A stretch of 64,000 nt of DNA from an uncultured Candidatus Saccharibacteria bacterium (GCA_964461915.1 CAYWVD010000001.1:156671-220670); one strand, 5' to 3'. Shown: positions 1 through 9,847, counted from the stretch's first letter. Notes: generated by a model from the sequence alone, not told the origin. Translations and numbers: made by a program.

Positions 1-2
1 AA

Positions 3-272
3 ATCTTAAAAGATGAGTCATATATTGAAGATTATAAAGTTGATGGCAAAGTAATATTAATCACTTTAAAATTCATTAATAAGAAATCTGCAATAACTAC
101 ATTAGAACAAGTTTCGAAACCTGGAATAAGAGTTTACTCAAGTTACCAGGATATACCTAAAGTCATTAGTGGTTTGGGTATCAATATTTTTAGCACTTCC
201 AAAGGAATATTGACCGGTAAAAAGGCAAAATTAGAAAAAGTTGGAGGTGAATATCTTTGTAATATTTGGTAA
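3..272 (+). CDS. rpsH: 30S ribosomal protein S8, C-terminal part (5' end outside window)
   Basis: Frame-3 translation ends ...STSKGILTGKKAKLEKVGGEYLCNIW*, matching the S8 C-terminus (GGEvLCyVW). Sits immediately upstream of rplF as in the spc operon. Confidence 0.85.
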   Translation: MLKDESYIEDYKVDGKVILITLKFINKKSAITTLEQVSKPGIRVYSSYQDIPKVISGLGINIFSTSKGILTGKKAKLEKVGGEYLCNIW

Positions 273-276
273 TAAC

Positions 277-837
277 ATGTCTAAGATCGGAAAAAAACTC
301 ATAACAATTCCAGAAAAAGTAACTATAACAGTTGCTGATGGCGGATTGTATAATAATCAAATAATAACAGTCACTGGTCCACAAGGTGAATTAAAACTTG
401 ATACAAGAGAAGGTATTAAGGTTAGCGTTGAAGGATCAGAACTAAAAGTAACAAGAGAATCAGATGATAAACAAGTAAAAGCTTATCACGGTCTTTTTAG
501 AAGTTTAATTGCCAATATGGTACAAGGAGTTGTAACTCCTTTTGAAAAGAAATTAGAAATTCAAGGAGTTGGTTATCGTGGAGCTCAAAAGGGCAATGCT
601 ATCGAATTAGCTTTAGGTTTTTCTCATAAAATTACCTATACAGCACCAGAGGGTATAACAATTAAAATGGCTGATGATACAAATATTTCTATTACCGGAT
701 GTGATAAACAAATGGTAGGTCAAGTAGCATCAGAAATTCGCGCCTTAAGAAAACCAGAGCCTTACAAAGGTAAAGGAATTAGATATTTAGGCGAAGAAGT
801 TAAGAGAAAAGCAGGAAAAACTGCAGCATCTAAATAA
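277..837 (+). CDS. rplF: 50S ribosomal protein L6
   Basis: MSKIGKKLITIPEKVTITV... shows the typical L6 pattern. ATG at 277 preferred over the track start at 241, which would overlap the rpsH stop. Confidence 0.9.
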   Translation: MSKIGKKLITIPEKVTITVADGGLYNNQIITVTGPQGELKLDTREGIKVSVEGSELKVTRESDDKQVKAYHGLFRSLIANMVQGVVTPFEKKLEIQGVGYRGAQKGNAIELALGFSHKITYTAPEGITIKMADDTNISITGCDKQMVGQVASEIRALRKPEPYKGKGIRYLGEEVKRKAGKTAASK

Positions 838-851
838 TTGAAAAAATAAAA

Positions 852-1193
852 ATGGAAACAAAAGAATTTAAAAGACAAAGAAGAAAAAACAGAATTAGAG
901 GTAAAATTAGCGGAACCGCAAAAATGCCAAGATTATCTGTTTACAGATCAAATGCTCATATATACGGTCAATTGATCGATGATGAAAAGGGTGTAACCAT
1001 CTGTAGTATTTGCGATATAGATTTTAAAGATGGAACAAATGTTGAGAAATCTACTAAGGCTGGAAAATCTATTGCGGAATTAGCTCAAAAATCAAAAATT
1101 AAAAAAATCGTCTTCGATAGAAATGGCTACAAATATCACGGAAGAATAAAGGCTTTCGCAGATGGAGCAAGAGAAGGTGGTTTAGAATTTTAA
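852..1193 (+). CDS. rplR: 50S ribosomal protein L18
   Basis: RLSVYRSNAHIYGQLIDDEKG...FDRNGYKYHGRIKAFADGAREGGLEF is the L18 signature. Order follows L6 then L18. Confidence 0.9.
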   Translation: METKEFKRQRRKNRIRGKISGTAKMPRLSVYRSNAHIYGQLIDDEKGVTICSICDIDFKDGTNVEKSTKAGKSIAELAQKSKIKKIVFDRNGYKYHGRIKAFADGAREGGLEF

Positions 1194-1215
1194 TCATAAA
1201 ATTATTATTTATAAA

Positions 1216-1812
1216 ATGTCTGAAGTAAAAGAAACAACAAAAACAGAAAATAAAGTAGCTACAAAAGTTGAAGCTACTAGTGAACAAGCTCAACAAAGAC
1301 AACCATTTGGACAACAAAGAAGAGGACAAAGACCAGGTGGTAGAGAAAGAAAACCATTTAATAAAAAAGATAGACAAGATGGTGATTTAGAAAAGAAAAT
1401 AGTTTCAATTCGAAGAGTTTCTAGAACCTATAGTGGTGGTAAAAGAATGAGATTAAGTGTCTGTTTAGTTGTTGGTGATAAAAAAGGTAAAGTTGGTATA
1501 GCAATCGGTAAAGGAGCAGATGTTGTAAGTGCAGAAGCAAAAGCATATAACAAAGCAAAAAAGAACATGGTTCATATCGATTTGAAAGGCAAAACAATCG
1601 CACATCAAATCTTTTACAAAAAAGCTGCCGCCAGAATTATGTTAAAACCTGCAAGTCCTGGAACTGGAGTTATTGCTGGTTCATCTCTTAGAGCTGTTTT
1701 AGAAGTTATTGGAGTTGAAGATATTTTAACAAAAGTAATCGGATCAAATAATGCTATTAATAATGCTTATGCATGTATTGAAGCTTTACAAAATTTAAAG
1801 AAAATAAATTAA
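1216..1812 (+). CDS. rpsE: 30S ribosomal protein S5 with ~60 aa Lys/Gln/Arg-rich N-terminal extension
   Basis: [41 protein letters not shown]... is the S5 core. Confidence 0.9.
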   Translation: MSEVKETTKTENKVATKVEATSEQAQQRQPFGQQRRGQRPGGRERKPFNKKDRQDGDLEKKIVSIRRVSRTYSGGKRMRLSVCLVVGDKKGKVGIAIGKGADVVSAEAKAYNKAKKNMVHIDLKGKTIAHQIFYKKAAARIMLKPASPGTGVIAGSSLRAVLEVIGVEDILTKVIGSNNAINNAYACIEALQNLKKIN

Positions 1813-1822
1813 AGAAATAGCT

Positions 1823-2266
1823 ATGTTAAACACATTACCAAAAATAAAATTACATGATGGGAAAAGAGTTGGAAGAGGCTACGGCACAGGTAAAGGTAGT
1901 CACACAACTGGAAGAGGTACAAAAGGACATAAATCAAGATCAGGATATTCAAATCCAAGACCAGGTTTTGAAGGAGGTTCAATGCCCTTATCTAGAAGGC
2001 TTCCAAAGTTGAAAGGTTTTTCTAGAAGGTATTTTAGGACAGAAAAAACAAATGCCACAGTAACAACTTCTTCACTAAATATTTTTGATAATGATTCAAT
2101 AATCGACATCAAAACACTCAAAGAAAAGAATGTAATTGCAAATTCAGTGAATAGTGTAAAAGTTGTTTTAAAAGGCGATCTACAAAAGAAATTACAGTTT
2201 AAAGATATTGCTTTTTCAAAATCTGCAAAAGAAGCAGTAGAAAAAGGCGGTTCAAAAATTAACTAA
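1823..2266 (+). CDS. rplO: 50S ribosomal protein L15
   Basis: [32 protein letters not shown] matches L15. It directly follows rpsE with no rpmD between them. Confidence 0.9.
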   Translation: MLNTLPKIKLHDGKRVGRGYGTGKGSHTTGRGTKGHKSRSGYSNPRPGFEGGSMPLSRRLPKLKGFSRRYFRTEKTNATVTTSSLNIFDNDSIIDIKTLKEKNVIANSVNSVKVVLKGDLQKKLQFKDIAFSKSAKEAVEKGGSKIN

Positions 2267-2271
2267 ACTTA

Positions 2272-3762
2272 ATGGCAAAGATTAATCTTAATACATCCCT
2301 TTCTAATTTAAAGGACAGGATTAAAAATACTGTTACACCTTTGAAAAACAAGGTTAAATTGCCTATTACTAAGTTTAATCCAAATTCATTTATCTCTGCT
2401 TTAAAGACTAAAGAAGTCAAAAAAAAGATTTTGGTCACTATCGGAATAATTTTAGTGTACAGGATCCTTGCCGCAGTACCTTTACCAGGTATTGATATTA
2501 AACTTTTCAATGAAGTCTTTGGTAATAATCCATTAAATAATATTTTCACAATAGTTACCGGTGGTAGGTTAGATAATCCATCTGTAGTTGCTATCGGCTT
2601 AGGTGCATATATTAATGCCTCAATTATTCTTCAATTATTAGGCACTATTATTCCAAAACTTGAAGAACTTCAAAAAGAAGGTGAAAGAGGCAGACGAGTT
2701 ATCAATATGTATACTAGGATACTTGCAGTTCCACTCAATATTGTTCAAGCCATTGTAATTTATACCGTGATGAAGAATGTAGCTCAAACAATACCTTCAT
2801 TGGCAGGGTTACTAGATGGCATTACTACACTTGATATTGTTAGCATGGTTGCAGCTTTAACAGCCGGATCTATGGTTTTAATGTGGCTTGGTGAATTAAT
2901 TACTGAACATGGAATTGGGAATGGTTCTTCAATAATAATTACAATTGGTATTTTAAGCACTATCCCTGGATTAATAGTTAGGGACTTTGCTTTTGTTCAA
3001 AATGATTTAAATTTGTTGTTTCAAAATGGAAACTTTAATGTATTGGTAAGTCCCAATATGATAACTGTGTATTTATCAATATTAGCGCTCATTGTTTTGA
3101 TTTTTGGGATTACCTTTATTACTGAAGCTGTTCGTAAAATTACAATTCAATATGCGAGTAGGGTAAGAGCAACACAAGCTGGACAAAGTAGCTTTTTACC
3201 TCTAAAAATTAATCAAGCAGGAGTTATGCCTGTTATATTTGCATCGGCACTGTTAACATTCCCACAAGTCTTTGCTCAAATTATGACTAGTATTGCTGGA
3301 GCAGATTCAGTACTTTATAAAATCGGAACAGCTATCAGTAATTCGTTCTTGGGTTCTGGTTATTCAAGCACAAATACAGGTAACTTTATTGCTTATGAAG
3401 GTGTTTATCTATTATTAATTATTGCTTTTACATTTTTTTACACACTAGTCACATTCAAGCCATCCGAAACTGCTGATAATCTAAAGAAGAGCGGTGGATT
3501 TATTCCAGGGATTAGGCCAGGTAAAGAAACTGAAAAATTTATATTATCTATATTGTTAAGATTGACTTTTTGGGGTGCATTATTCTTGGGCATTGTTAGT
3601 TTAATACCAACATTATTGAGGTTGTTACCTAATGGAAGCAATCTTTCATTATTCAGTGGAATTGGTGGAACAAGTCTTTTGATTGTTGTAGGGGTAGTAA
3701 TTGATACTTTGAGGCAGATTAAGTCGGTTGCTGTAACTAGAAGTTACGATCAGTTTAAATAA
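2272..3762 (+). CDS. secY: preprotein translocase subunit SecY (496 aa, ~45 aa N-terminal extension)
   Basis: Ten-TM protein with SecY motifs (GIQPYI-like 'LPGIDIKLF', plug region, C-terminal RQIKS...) at the canonical position after rplO. Confidence 0.9.
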   Translation: MAKINLNTSLSNLKDRIKNTVTPLKNKVKLPITKFNPNSFISALKTKEVKKKILVTIGIILVYRILAAVPLPGIDIKLFNEVFGNNPLNNIFTIVTGGRLDNPSVVAIGLGAYINASIILQLLGTIIPKLEELQKEGERGRRVINMYTRILAVPLNIVQAIVIYTVMKNVAQTIPSLAGLLDGITTLDIVSMVAALTAGSMVLMWLGELITEHGIGNGSSIIITIGILSTIPGLIVRDFAFVQNDLNLLFQNGNFNVLVSPNMITVYLSILALIVLIFGITFITEAVRKITIQYASRVRATQAGQSSFLPLKINQAGVMPVIFASALLTFPQVFAQIMTSIAGADSVLYKIGTAISNSFLGSGYSSTNTGNFIAYEGVYLLLIIAFTFFYTLVTFKPSETADNLKKSGGFIPGIRPGKETEKFILSILLRLTFWGALFLGIVSLIPTLLRLLPNGSNLSLFSGIGGTSLLIVVGVVIDTLRQIKSVAVTRSYDQFK

Positions 3763-3796
3763 GAATAGGTAATAACAAGAATCTACAGAGATTCTA

Positions 3797-3825
3797 TTGA
3801 ATCAAAGTAATTCATTTGTTATAAT
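3797..3825 (+). promoter_or_regulatory. sigma70-like promoter TTGAAT-17-TATAAT upstream of infA
   Basis: TTGAAT at 3797-3802, a 17-nt spacer, then TATAAT at 3820-3825. Confidence 0.35.
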
Positions 3826-3891
3826 GACACAATCAGAATTTTTCTGTTGTTGTTGTATTGCTCTTTTATTATTATTTTTAATCAAGGGTTT

Positions 3892-4122
3892 ATGATTGTA
3901 GATCCCAGAAAAACTATTAAGGTTAAAGGTACAGTATTAGAAACTCTGCCTGGGACTAAGTTTAAAGTAAATATAAATATTGGCGGTAAAGATCATATGA
4001 TTTTTGCCTATATTTCAGGAAAAATGCGAATGCATTATATTAAATTACTAGTTGGAGATCAGGTTGATGTTGAAATATCACCTTATGATCTTACAAAAGG
4101 TAGGATAATTTATCGATACTAA
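3892..4122 (+). CDS. infA: translation initiation factor IF-1
   Basis: [69 protein letters not shown] at 3892 (MIVDPRK) preferred over the track start at 3847. Confidence 0.9.
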   Translation: MIVDPRKTIKVKGTVLETLPGTKFKVNINIGGKDHMIFAYISGKMRMHYIKLLVGDQVDVEISPYDLTKGRIIYRY

Positions 4123-4124
4123 TT

Positions 4125-4256
4125 ATGAAAGTAAAAGCAAGTTTAAAAAAACGATGTGAGCATTGTTACTTTGTTCGAAGACGAAACAAAGCTGGAACCA
4201 AAGTACTTTATGTTTATTGTAAACGAAACCCTCGTCATAAACAAAGACAGGGTTAA
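4125..4256 (+). CDS. rpmJ: 50S ribosomal protein L36 (43 aa; absent from ORF track)
   Basis: Manual translation gives [43 protein letters not shown], with the L36 zinc-ribbon Cys/His pattern and the canonical ...NPKHKQRQG ending. Lies between infA and rpsM. Confidence 0.85.
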   Translation: MKVKASLKKRCEHCYFVRRRNKAGTKVLYVYCKRNPRHKQRQG

Positions 4257-4280
4257 TTATTTATATATTAATTAATTATA

Positions 4281-4661
4281 ATGGCTAGAATTGCTGGAGT
4301 TGAATTACCAAATGAAAAAAGAGCCGAAGTTGGCTTAACATATATTTTTGGCGTTGGTCCACATACCGCTGCTAAAATTTTAAAACTTGCAAATGTTTCT
4401 GGAGATACCAGAATTAAAGATTTATCTGAGGCAGAAGTACAAAGAGTTGCTAACCAAATAAAAACCATCCTAGTCGAAGGAGACTTAAGACAAAAGTATT
4501 TCCGAGACATTAAAAGACTTAAAGATATCAAATGTTATCGAGGTATCAGACATAAATTGGGTTTACCTGTGCGCGGACAAAGGACTAGATCTAATGCTGT
4601 TACCAGAAAAGGTAAAAATATTGCTGTCGGTGGTCTAAAGAGAAAACTTGAAAAGACATAG
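4281..4661 (+). CDS. rpsM: 30S ribosomal protein S13
   Basis: [34 protein letters not shown]... is a classic S13 N-terminus. Confidence 0.95.
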   Translation: MARIAGVELPNEKRAEVGLTYIFGVGPHTAAKILKLANVSGDTRIKDLSEAEVQRVANQIKTILVEGDLRQKYFRDIKRLKDIKCYRGIRHKLGLPVRGQRTRSNAVTRKGKNIAVGGLKRKLEKT

Positions 4662-4701
4662 TCTTTAATTAAAATAAATATTTTTTATTAAATAAATAGT
4701 A

Positions 4702-5124
4702 GTGGCTGCAAAAGTACAAAAACAAACAACAAAAGCAAAACAACAGAAAACTGTTGAAAAAAAGAAAAAGAAAGTACAAGTTCCAAAGGTTAAAATCTTT
4801 GTTCATTCTAGCTATAACAATACTATTGTTACAGTAGCCGATTACGATGGAAATGTTTTGGTTCAAAGCAGTTCCGGTGTAGTTGGATTTTCAGGTTCAA
4901 AAAAGAGTACAGCTTATGCTGCTACTAAAGCTGCAGAAGATGCTGTTAGTAAAGCACAGAAATTCGGAATTAAAGAAGCAATGGTTATTATCAAAGGCGC
5001 AGGAATGGGTAGACAAGCAGCTGTAAAGGGCTTAAGAACCGCTGGCTTAAATATTATTTCTTTATCAGATTTCACACCTGTTCCACATGGTGGCGAATCA
5101 CCTAGGAAGTTACCTAGACAATAA
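4702..5124 (+). CDS. rpsK: 30S ribosomal protein S11
   Basis: VHSSYNNTIVTVADYDGNVLVQSSSGVVGFSGSKKSTAYAATKAAE matches S11. Confidence 0.9.
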   Translation: MAAKVQKQTTKAKQQKTVEKKKKKVQVPKVKIFVHSSYNNTIVTVADYDGNVLVQSSSGVVGFSGSKKSTAYAATKAAEDAVSKAQKFGIKEAMVIIKGAGMGRQAAVKGLRTAGLNIISLSDFTPVPHGGESPRKLPRQ

Positions 5125-5141
5125 CATTATAATTTGAAACT

Positions 5142-5735
5142 ATGGCAAGATATACTGGATCAAAATGGAAACAATCAAGAAGAGAAAATTATGATCTTTT
5201 TGGTAATTCTAAATGGCGAAAACGCCCAACTTTACCTGGACAACATCCTGTTTCCAAAGGTAGACCTTCTAACTATGCAATTCAATTCAGAGAAAAGCAA
5301 AAAGTAAAAAGAATGTTTGGTATGTTAGAAAAGCAATTTCATAAAACCTATGAACTTGCTATTAAATCAACTGGTAATACAGGTTTAAGATTATTACAAC
5401 TTCTAGAATTAAGATTAGATAATGTTGTATACAAATTAGGAATGGCTAATAGTATTTTCCAATCCAGACAATTTGTAACACATGGTCATATTTTGGTAAA
5501 TGGAAAGAAACTCGATATCCCATCATATACAGTTAAGGTAAATGATGTTATTGAATATTCTCCTAAGTTTGCTAAAGGTTCAATAGTTCAAATAATTCAA
5601 ACCGATAATAAAGCAAAAAAGGTTATTGTTCCTGCCTGGTTAGAAAATAATAAAGTTGTTTCTCTACCAACTAGAGAAATGATGGACCAAGGTATCAAAG
5701 AACAGTTGATAATTGAGCTTTATTCAAGACAATAA
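5142..5735 (+). CDS. rpsD: 30S ribosomal protein S4
   Basis: MARYTGSKWKQSRRENYDLFG... with a C-terminal S4 RNA-binding domain. Confidence 0.9.
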   Translation: MARYTGSKWKQSRRENYDLFGNSKWRKRPTLPGQHPVSKGRPSNYAIQFREKQKVKRMFGMLEKQFHKTYELAIKSTGNTGLRLLQLLELRLDNVVYKLGMANSIFQSRQFVTHGHILVNGKKLDIPSYTVKVNDVIEYSPKFAKGSIVQIIQTDNKAKKVIVPAWLENNKVVSLPTREMMDQGIKEQLIIELYSRQ

Positions 5736-5759
5736 TATTTTTTACATTTATTAGCAATC

Positions 5760-6704
5760 ATGATCGGCTTAGATTTATTTAAAATTACAAAAGAGAAAGA
5801 GGATTCGAAATTTGCTCACTACAAAATCGGACCTTTACCAAAAGGATACGGAGTCACTCTTTCAAATACTTTAAGAAGATTATTACTATCTTCTATTCCT
5901 GGTGCAGCAATCACTGGAGTTAAAATCGATGGTGTAAAGCATGAATATGCTTCATTAAATGGTTTACAAGAAGACATCCTTACTTTTCTCTTAAAACTAA
6001 AGGATCTTTCAATTAAAATGGATGGGGAAGATAAAAAAGTTTTGAAATTAAATTTAAAAGGCAAGAAAGATAAAGTCGTTGAAATCAAAGCTTCTGATTT
6101 TGAATTACCAAGTGGAATTGAAATTATTAACTCTGATTTAGTTTTAGGTCATTTAACAGCTGAAGTTGAATTTAAAATGGAAGCAACAGTCGAACCTGGT
6201 GTCGGTTATGCTTATCCAAATGAAGAATTAAGAGAAGAATTAGGCACTATTCCAGTAGATTCAATTTTTTCTCCTGTTAAACAGGTACAAGTTGAATTAA
6301 GTAAAACTAGAGTCGGAAAAAACACAAATTACGATCAAATCGATCTTTTCATTACAACTAATGGAACAATTTCTCCATTTGATGCAATGTTAAAAGCTGC
6401 AGAAATCTATGATTCTGTTGCAAACAGATTAGTTGATCTATTAGGTGGAGATTCCGATATGCTTAAAGAAATGACTAAAGTTGATGATCTAAGTGACTTA
6501 AAAGAAGAAAAGAAGATTTTGATCGGTGAATTAAATCTTTCAACTAGATTAAGTAATGCCTTATTAAATGCCGGTATCACAAATTTGAATGATTTATCAA
6601 AATATAGAATGGATGAAGTTGCAAACTTCAGAGGTATGGGTAAAAAATCTTTGACTGAACTTATAGAAGTGATGTCTGTAAATAATCTTAGTTTAATGGA
6701 TTAA
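5760..6704 (+). CDS. rpoA: DNA-directed RNA polymerase subunit alpha
   Basis: LPKGYGVTLSNTLRRLLLSSIPGAAITGVKIDGVKHEY is the alpha N-terminal domain. The C-terminal domain shows the ELNLSTRLSNAL HhH motif. Confidence 0.9.
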   Translation: MIGLDLFKITKEKEDSKFAHYKIGPLPKGYGVTLSNTLRRLLLSSIPGAAITGVKIDGVKHEYASLNGLQEDILTFLLKLKDLSIKMDGEDKKVLKLNLKGKKDKVVEIKASDFELPSGIEIINSDLVLGHLTAEVEFKMEATVEPGVGYAYPNEELREELGTIPVDSIFSPVKQVQVELSKTRVGKNTNYDQIDLFITTNGTISPFDAMLKAAEIYDSVANRLVDLLGGDSDMLKEMTKVDDLSDLKEEKKILIGELNLSTRLSNALLNAGITNLNDLSKYRMDEVANFRGMGKKSLTELIEVMSVNNLSLMD

Positions 6705-6708
6705 GGTA

Positions 6709-7242
6709 ATGAATAGTAAAACAATGATTTCAAAAGTAGGTATAAAGGCTTCACACAGAAGATCATTACAAAAGAATCTTCTAAGTGATCTTATTATCTA
6801 CGAATACCTAACTACTACCAAGCAAAAAGCTAAATTAGTAGTAGGTGATTTTGACAAATTAGTTAAAATCGCAAAAAGTAAGAAAGATGCAGTTTCTAAA
6901 GATAGACTTTTAAAATTAAAAGTCGGTAATGAAAATGCAGTAAAAAAACTTATCGAAGTTTATGCAAAAAGATTCGAAAAAGAAGCAAGCGGATTAGTAA
7001 AAGTATATAAACTTGGACAAAGAAAAGGTGACTCATCTGATGTAGTAAAATTGATGGTCAAAGGTTACGAATACAAAGAAATCGGTAAAAAAGTAAGCCA
7101 ATCCAAAAAGAAGGCTGAAAAAGAAGCAGAACAAAAAGAAGTCGCTAAAAAAGATTTCAATATTTCAAAAGACCAAAAAGGTCATGCTCAAGTTGCAGGT
7201 AATGTATCTGGAGCAAAAATTAAAACTAGATCAGGAATTTAA
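6709..7242 (+). CDS. rplQ: 50S ribosomal protein L17 with Lys-rich C-terminal extension
   Basis: HRRSLQKNLLSDLIIYEYLTTTKQKAKL is the L17 core. Position after rpoA is conserved. Confidence 0.85.
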   Translation: MNSKTMISKVGIKASHRRSLQKNLLSDLIIYEYLTTTKQKAKLVVGDFDKLVKIAKSKKDAVSKDRLLKLKVGNENAVKKLIEVYAKRFEKEASGLVKVYKLGQRKGDSSDVVKLMVKGYEYKEIGKKVSQSKKKAEKEAEQKEVAKKDFNISKDQKGHAQVAGNVSGAKIKTRSGI

Positions 7243-7248
7243 AAAACT

Positions 7249-7683
7249 ATGAACAATACTACAAGAGCAATTAAAGAAAAAGAAGTTGTAAACAAATGGG
7301 TTTTAATCGATGCAAAAGGTGTTAGATTTGGTAAACTTACTGTTAAAATTGCCAAACTTTTAATGGGCAAAGATAAAGTAGGTCAAGCAGATCATTTATT
7401 TATTGGAGATCGAGTCTGCATAATTAATGCAAGTAAAGTTGATTTAAACAAGACTACTGAGTCTAAAAAAACTTATTCATGGCATTCTGATTACCCAGGT
7501 GGTTTAACAACAAAACCAATTACTGAACTTTTAGCTTCTAGACCAGACTTCGTTATTAGAAAAGCAGTTTGGGGAATGTTGCCAAAGAATAAAATGGGTA
7601 GAAGGATGTTAAAGAATTTAAGGGTATTTGCTAACGATCAGCATGATTTAGATGCGCAAAAACCTGAAATTGTAAAAATATAA
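7249..7683 (+). CDS. rplM: 50S ribosomal protein L13
   Basis: KWVLIDAKGVRFGKLTVKIAKLLMGKDK matches L13. Confidence 0.9.
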   Translation: MNNTTRAIKEKEVVNKWVLIDAKGVRFGKLTVKIAKLLMGKDKVGQADHLFIGDRVCIINASKVDLNKTTESKKTYSWHSDYPGGLTTKPITELLASRPDFVIRKAVWGMLPKNKMGRRMLKNLRVFANDQHDLDAQKPEIVKI

Positions 7684-7705
7684 TATTTATCTTAATAATT
7701 AACTA

Positions 7706-8107
7706 ATGGAAAAGCAGAGTAAAAAATATTATTACGCAAAAGGAAGAAGAAAAACTTCAATTGCTGGCGTTAGAATTTACGAAGGTAAAGGTGTTAACTC
7801 AATTAATAAAAAATCATTCGAAGAATACTTTAAATGGGAAAATGACAGAAGAGAAATCTTAGCTCCATTAAAAGCATTAGAACTCCAAGATAAAGTCTAT
7901 TTTACTGCTAGAGCAATCGGTGGTGGAGTAAATGGCCAAAAAGGAGCTGTAATACATGGTATTGCAAGAGCTTTAGTAAATATGGATAAAGAGTACAAAA
8001 CTGTTCTTAAGAAGCTTGGATTCATCTCTAGAGACGATAGAATGGTTGAAAGAAAACATACTGGTCTTAGAAAAGCAAGAAAAGGTCCACAGTACAGCAA
8101 ACGTTAA
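7706..8107 (+). CDS. rpsI: 30S ribosomal protein S9
   Basis: YYAKGRRKTSIAGVRIYEG...GLRKARKGPQYSKR shows the S9 C-terminal signature. Confidence 0.9.
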   Translation: MEKQSKKYYYAKGRRKTSIAGVRIYEGKGVNSINKKSFEEYFKWENDRREILAPLKALELQDKVYFTARAIGGGVNGQKGAVIHGIARALVNMDKEYKTVLKKLGFISRDDRMVERKHTGLRKARKGPQYSKR

Positions 8108-8131
8108 ACTTATAAAATATTTAAGAATTTT

Positions 8132-8162
8132 AATCCCGGCTTTAAGAGTCGGGATTTTTTTT
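8132..8162 (+). terminator. rho-independent terminator after rpsI
   Basis: AATCCCGGC - TTTAAGA - GTCGGGATT stem-loop followed by a T8 run. Confidence 0.6.
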
Positions 8163-8268
8163 GGCTTCTAGTTTTTGATAGACAATTTAACTTTTATCAT
8201 GCAATAATAAAAAGATATTAATCAGCTAAGTGTTTTTTCAAAATTTTTAACTTCTTAGAAGAATTTTT

Positions 8269-9843
8269 ATGAATGAGGAATTTTTTAAAGAATTTCATAT
8301 AGCTTCAATTAATGGTGATAAAAAGTGGCATAGCTTAAAAGTTAATGTACTGTTACAGAATACTGAGGCTAAGCAGCCATCGATAAATGCATTCCTTGGC
8401 GCAAGATATTCAAGATCGGCAGATTCAATTGTCGATATTGCGAAAGAAATTTATGAATCCGGTAAAGATGCTTCAAAGAAATTAGAAGCTATTTTTTATA
8501 ATTATGGACATAAATCCGTAGGTGATATGGCAGATGTTTTTCTTACTTTAGAAAATATTCCAATTTTTGTAGCACAAAGATTCTTCTATTCTAATCCTGT
8601 TCATGCAGGTCAAGAAAGATCGACAAGATATCAAGATTTTTCAAAACCAAAATTTGTGAGATTTCCAGATAGTATTAAAGTAAGTAGGAAAGTGCAAGAT
8701 GGATATGAGGATCTCATGCATTTGGCTTTGAAATATTACTCTGATTTAAAGGATGAGACTGAAAAAGCTTTCATTTCATATTTTAAGGTAACTAATGATG
8801 TTAATGAAAAATCGGCCCTTAAGGCAAGGGTTTTCGACACTGTTAGATATTTCCTACCTATAGGTCTTCAAACTTCAATGGGAGTCTTGATGTCAGCAAG
8901 GGCATGGGCAGAAAGGATTTCTTATTATAGAGCTAGTAAGTTTGAAATAGAAAGAGAACTTGGCGAATTAATTTATAATTTGTTGATGGGGACTGAAAAC
9001 TTGAAGAATCAGGGATATATTCCTGAAGCAGATGGATTAATAAGGCATACTGAAGCCGATACAACTAGGAAAGCAAGTACCGAGGCTATTTTAAAGATAA
9101 TCAGTAAATATAGAACTTCAGATATCCCTTTCGAGTTATTTGTAAGCCCAAATCGAGATCCTTCGGCGGAACTTATAGAAAATTACAGTCTTTTAATTAA
9201 TCCATATTCAAAATTGATTTTGGGCGAAGATGAGTTTGAAAATGTAAAAAAGAAAGTCAGCGAAATTATTTTCCAAAACCACAATCATCACCATCAACTT
9301 GGGAATGTAGGTCAGTCGGGTTCATACTTAATTAGTGGAATCGCAGATTATGGAGCAATTAAAGATCTCATAAGGCATAGAAGTTTCGAAAAATTCATTC
9401 CGCTATTTGAAGAAGAACTAGATTTTGATAAAGAAATGGAAAGAGAAGCTAAAGATATGTTCAGACTTTGCGATTACCTCGAAATCCCTGAATTTCAGGC
9501 ATTGAGAGAAAAATATTCGAAGAATATGTTGGATTATTATTCACGTGTTAAAAAATGGTATAAATTGCTTCAAAAAGAAGCTAGTAAGGATATTGCAAAT
9601 GAATATGGAAGATATGTTTTAAATCATGGCTATAGAGTTTTTTATAAGTTTTATGGATCATTTGACGATATTGCATATACAATTTCGTTAAGGACTCGAA
9701 ATGGCGGACATATTGCATATAGAAAACTTACTAGGGACTGGTTAAAGGCATTGAATATTTTAGATCCAATTTGGAGTGGGTTTGACGCAAAACTTCCTGA
9801 AGTCATTATTAATGATCGACATCAATTTGTAGATAGGTCGTAA
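8269..9843 (+). CDS. thyX: flavin-dependent thymidylate synthase ThyX, long tandem-fused form (524 aa)
   Basis: N-terminal half retains the ThyX SxRY element (AQRFFYSNPVHAGQERSTRY, compare ARQWFRHRIASYNELSGRY) but lacks RHR. C-terminal half has IRHRSFEKF but lacks SxRY. This is consistent with a pseudo-dimeric fused ThyX (the Chlamydia form is similarly ~530 aa). Confidence 0.55.
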   Translation: MNEEFFKEFHIASINGDKKWHSLKVNVLLQNTEAKQPSINAFLGARYSRSADSIVDIAKEIYESGKDASKKLEAIFYNYGHKSVGDMADVFLTLENIPIFVAQRFFYSNPVHAGQERSTRYQDFSKPKFVRFPDSIKVSRKVQDGYEDLMHLALKYYSDLKDETEKAFISYFKVTNDVNEKSALKARVFDTVRYFLPIGLQTSMGVLMSARAWAERISYYRASKFEIERELGELIYNLLMGTENLKNQGYIPEADGLIRHTEADTTRKASTEAILKIISKYRTSDIPFELFVSPNRDPSAELIENYSLLINPYSKLILGEDEFENVKKKVSEIIFQNHNHHHQLGNVGQSGSYLISGIADYGAIKDLIRHRSFEKFIPLFEEELDFDKEMEREAKDMFRLCDYLEIPEFQALREKYSKNMLDYYSRVKKWYKLLQKEASKDIANEYGRYVLNHGYRVFYKFYGSFDDIAYTISLRTRNGGHIAYRKLTRDWLKALNILDPIWSGFDAKLPEVIINDRHQFVDRS

Positions 9844-9847
9844 AAAA

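Noticed and set aside
3763-3891. Hairpin AGAATCT-ACAG-AGATTCT after secY as a terminator
   Set aside because: Only a 7-bp AT-rich stem with no U-tract. More likely incidental. The region was interpreted instead as the infA promoter (TTGAAT-17-TATAAT).
190-8100. Several 60-110-aa minus-strand ORFs inside ribosomal protein genes (e.g. 190-384, 1099-1377, 1421-1603, 4268-4531, 5819-6088, 7897-8100)
   Set aside because: They lie entirely antisense to highly conserved ribosomal genes, have low-complexity composition and no homologs recognisable by eye. Spurious.
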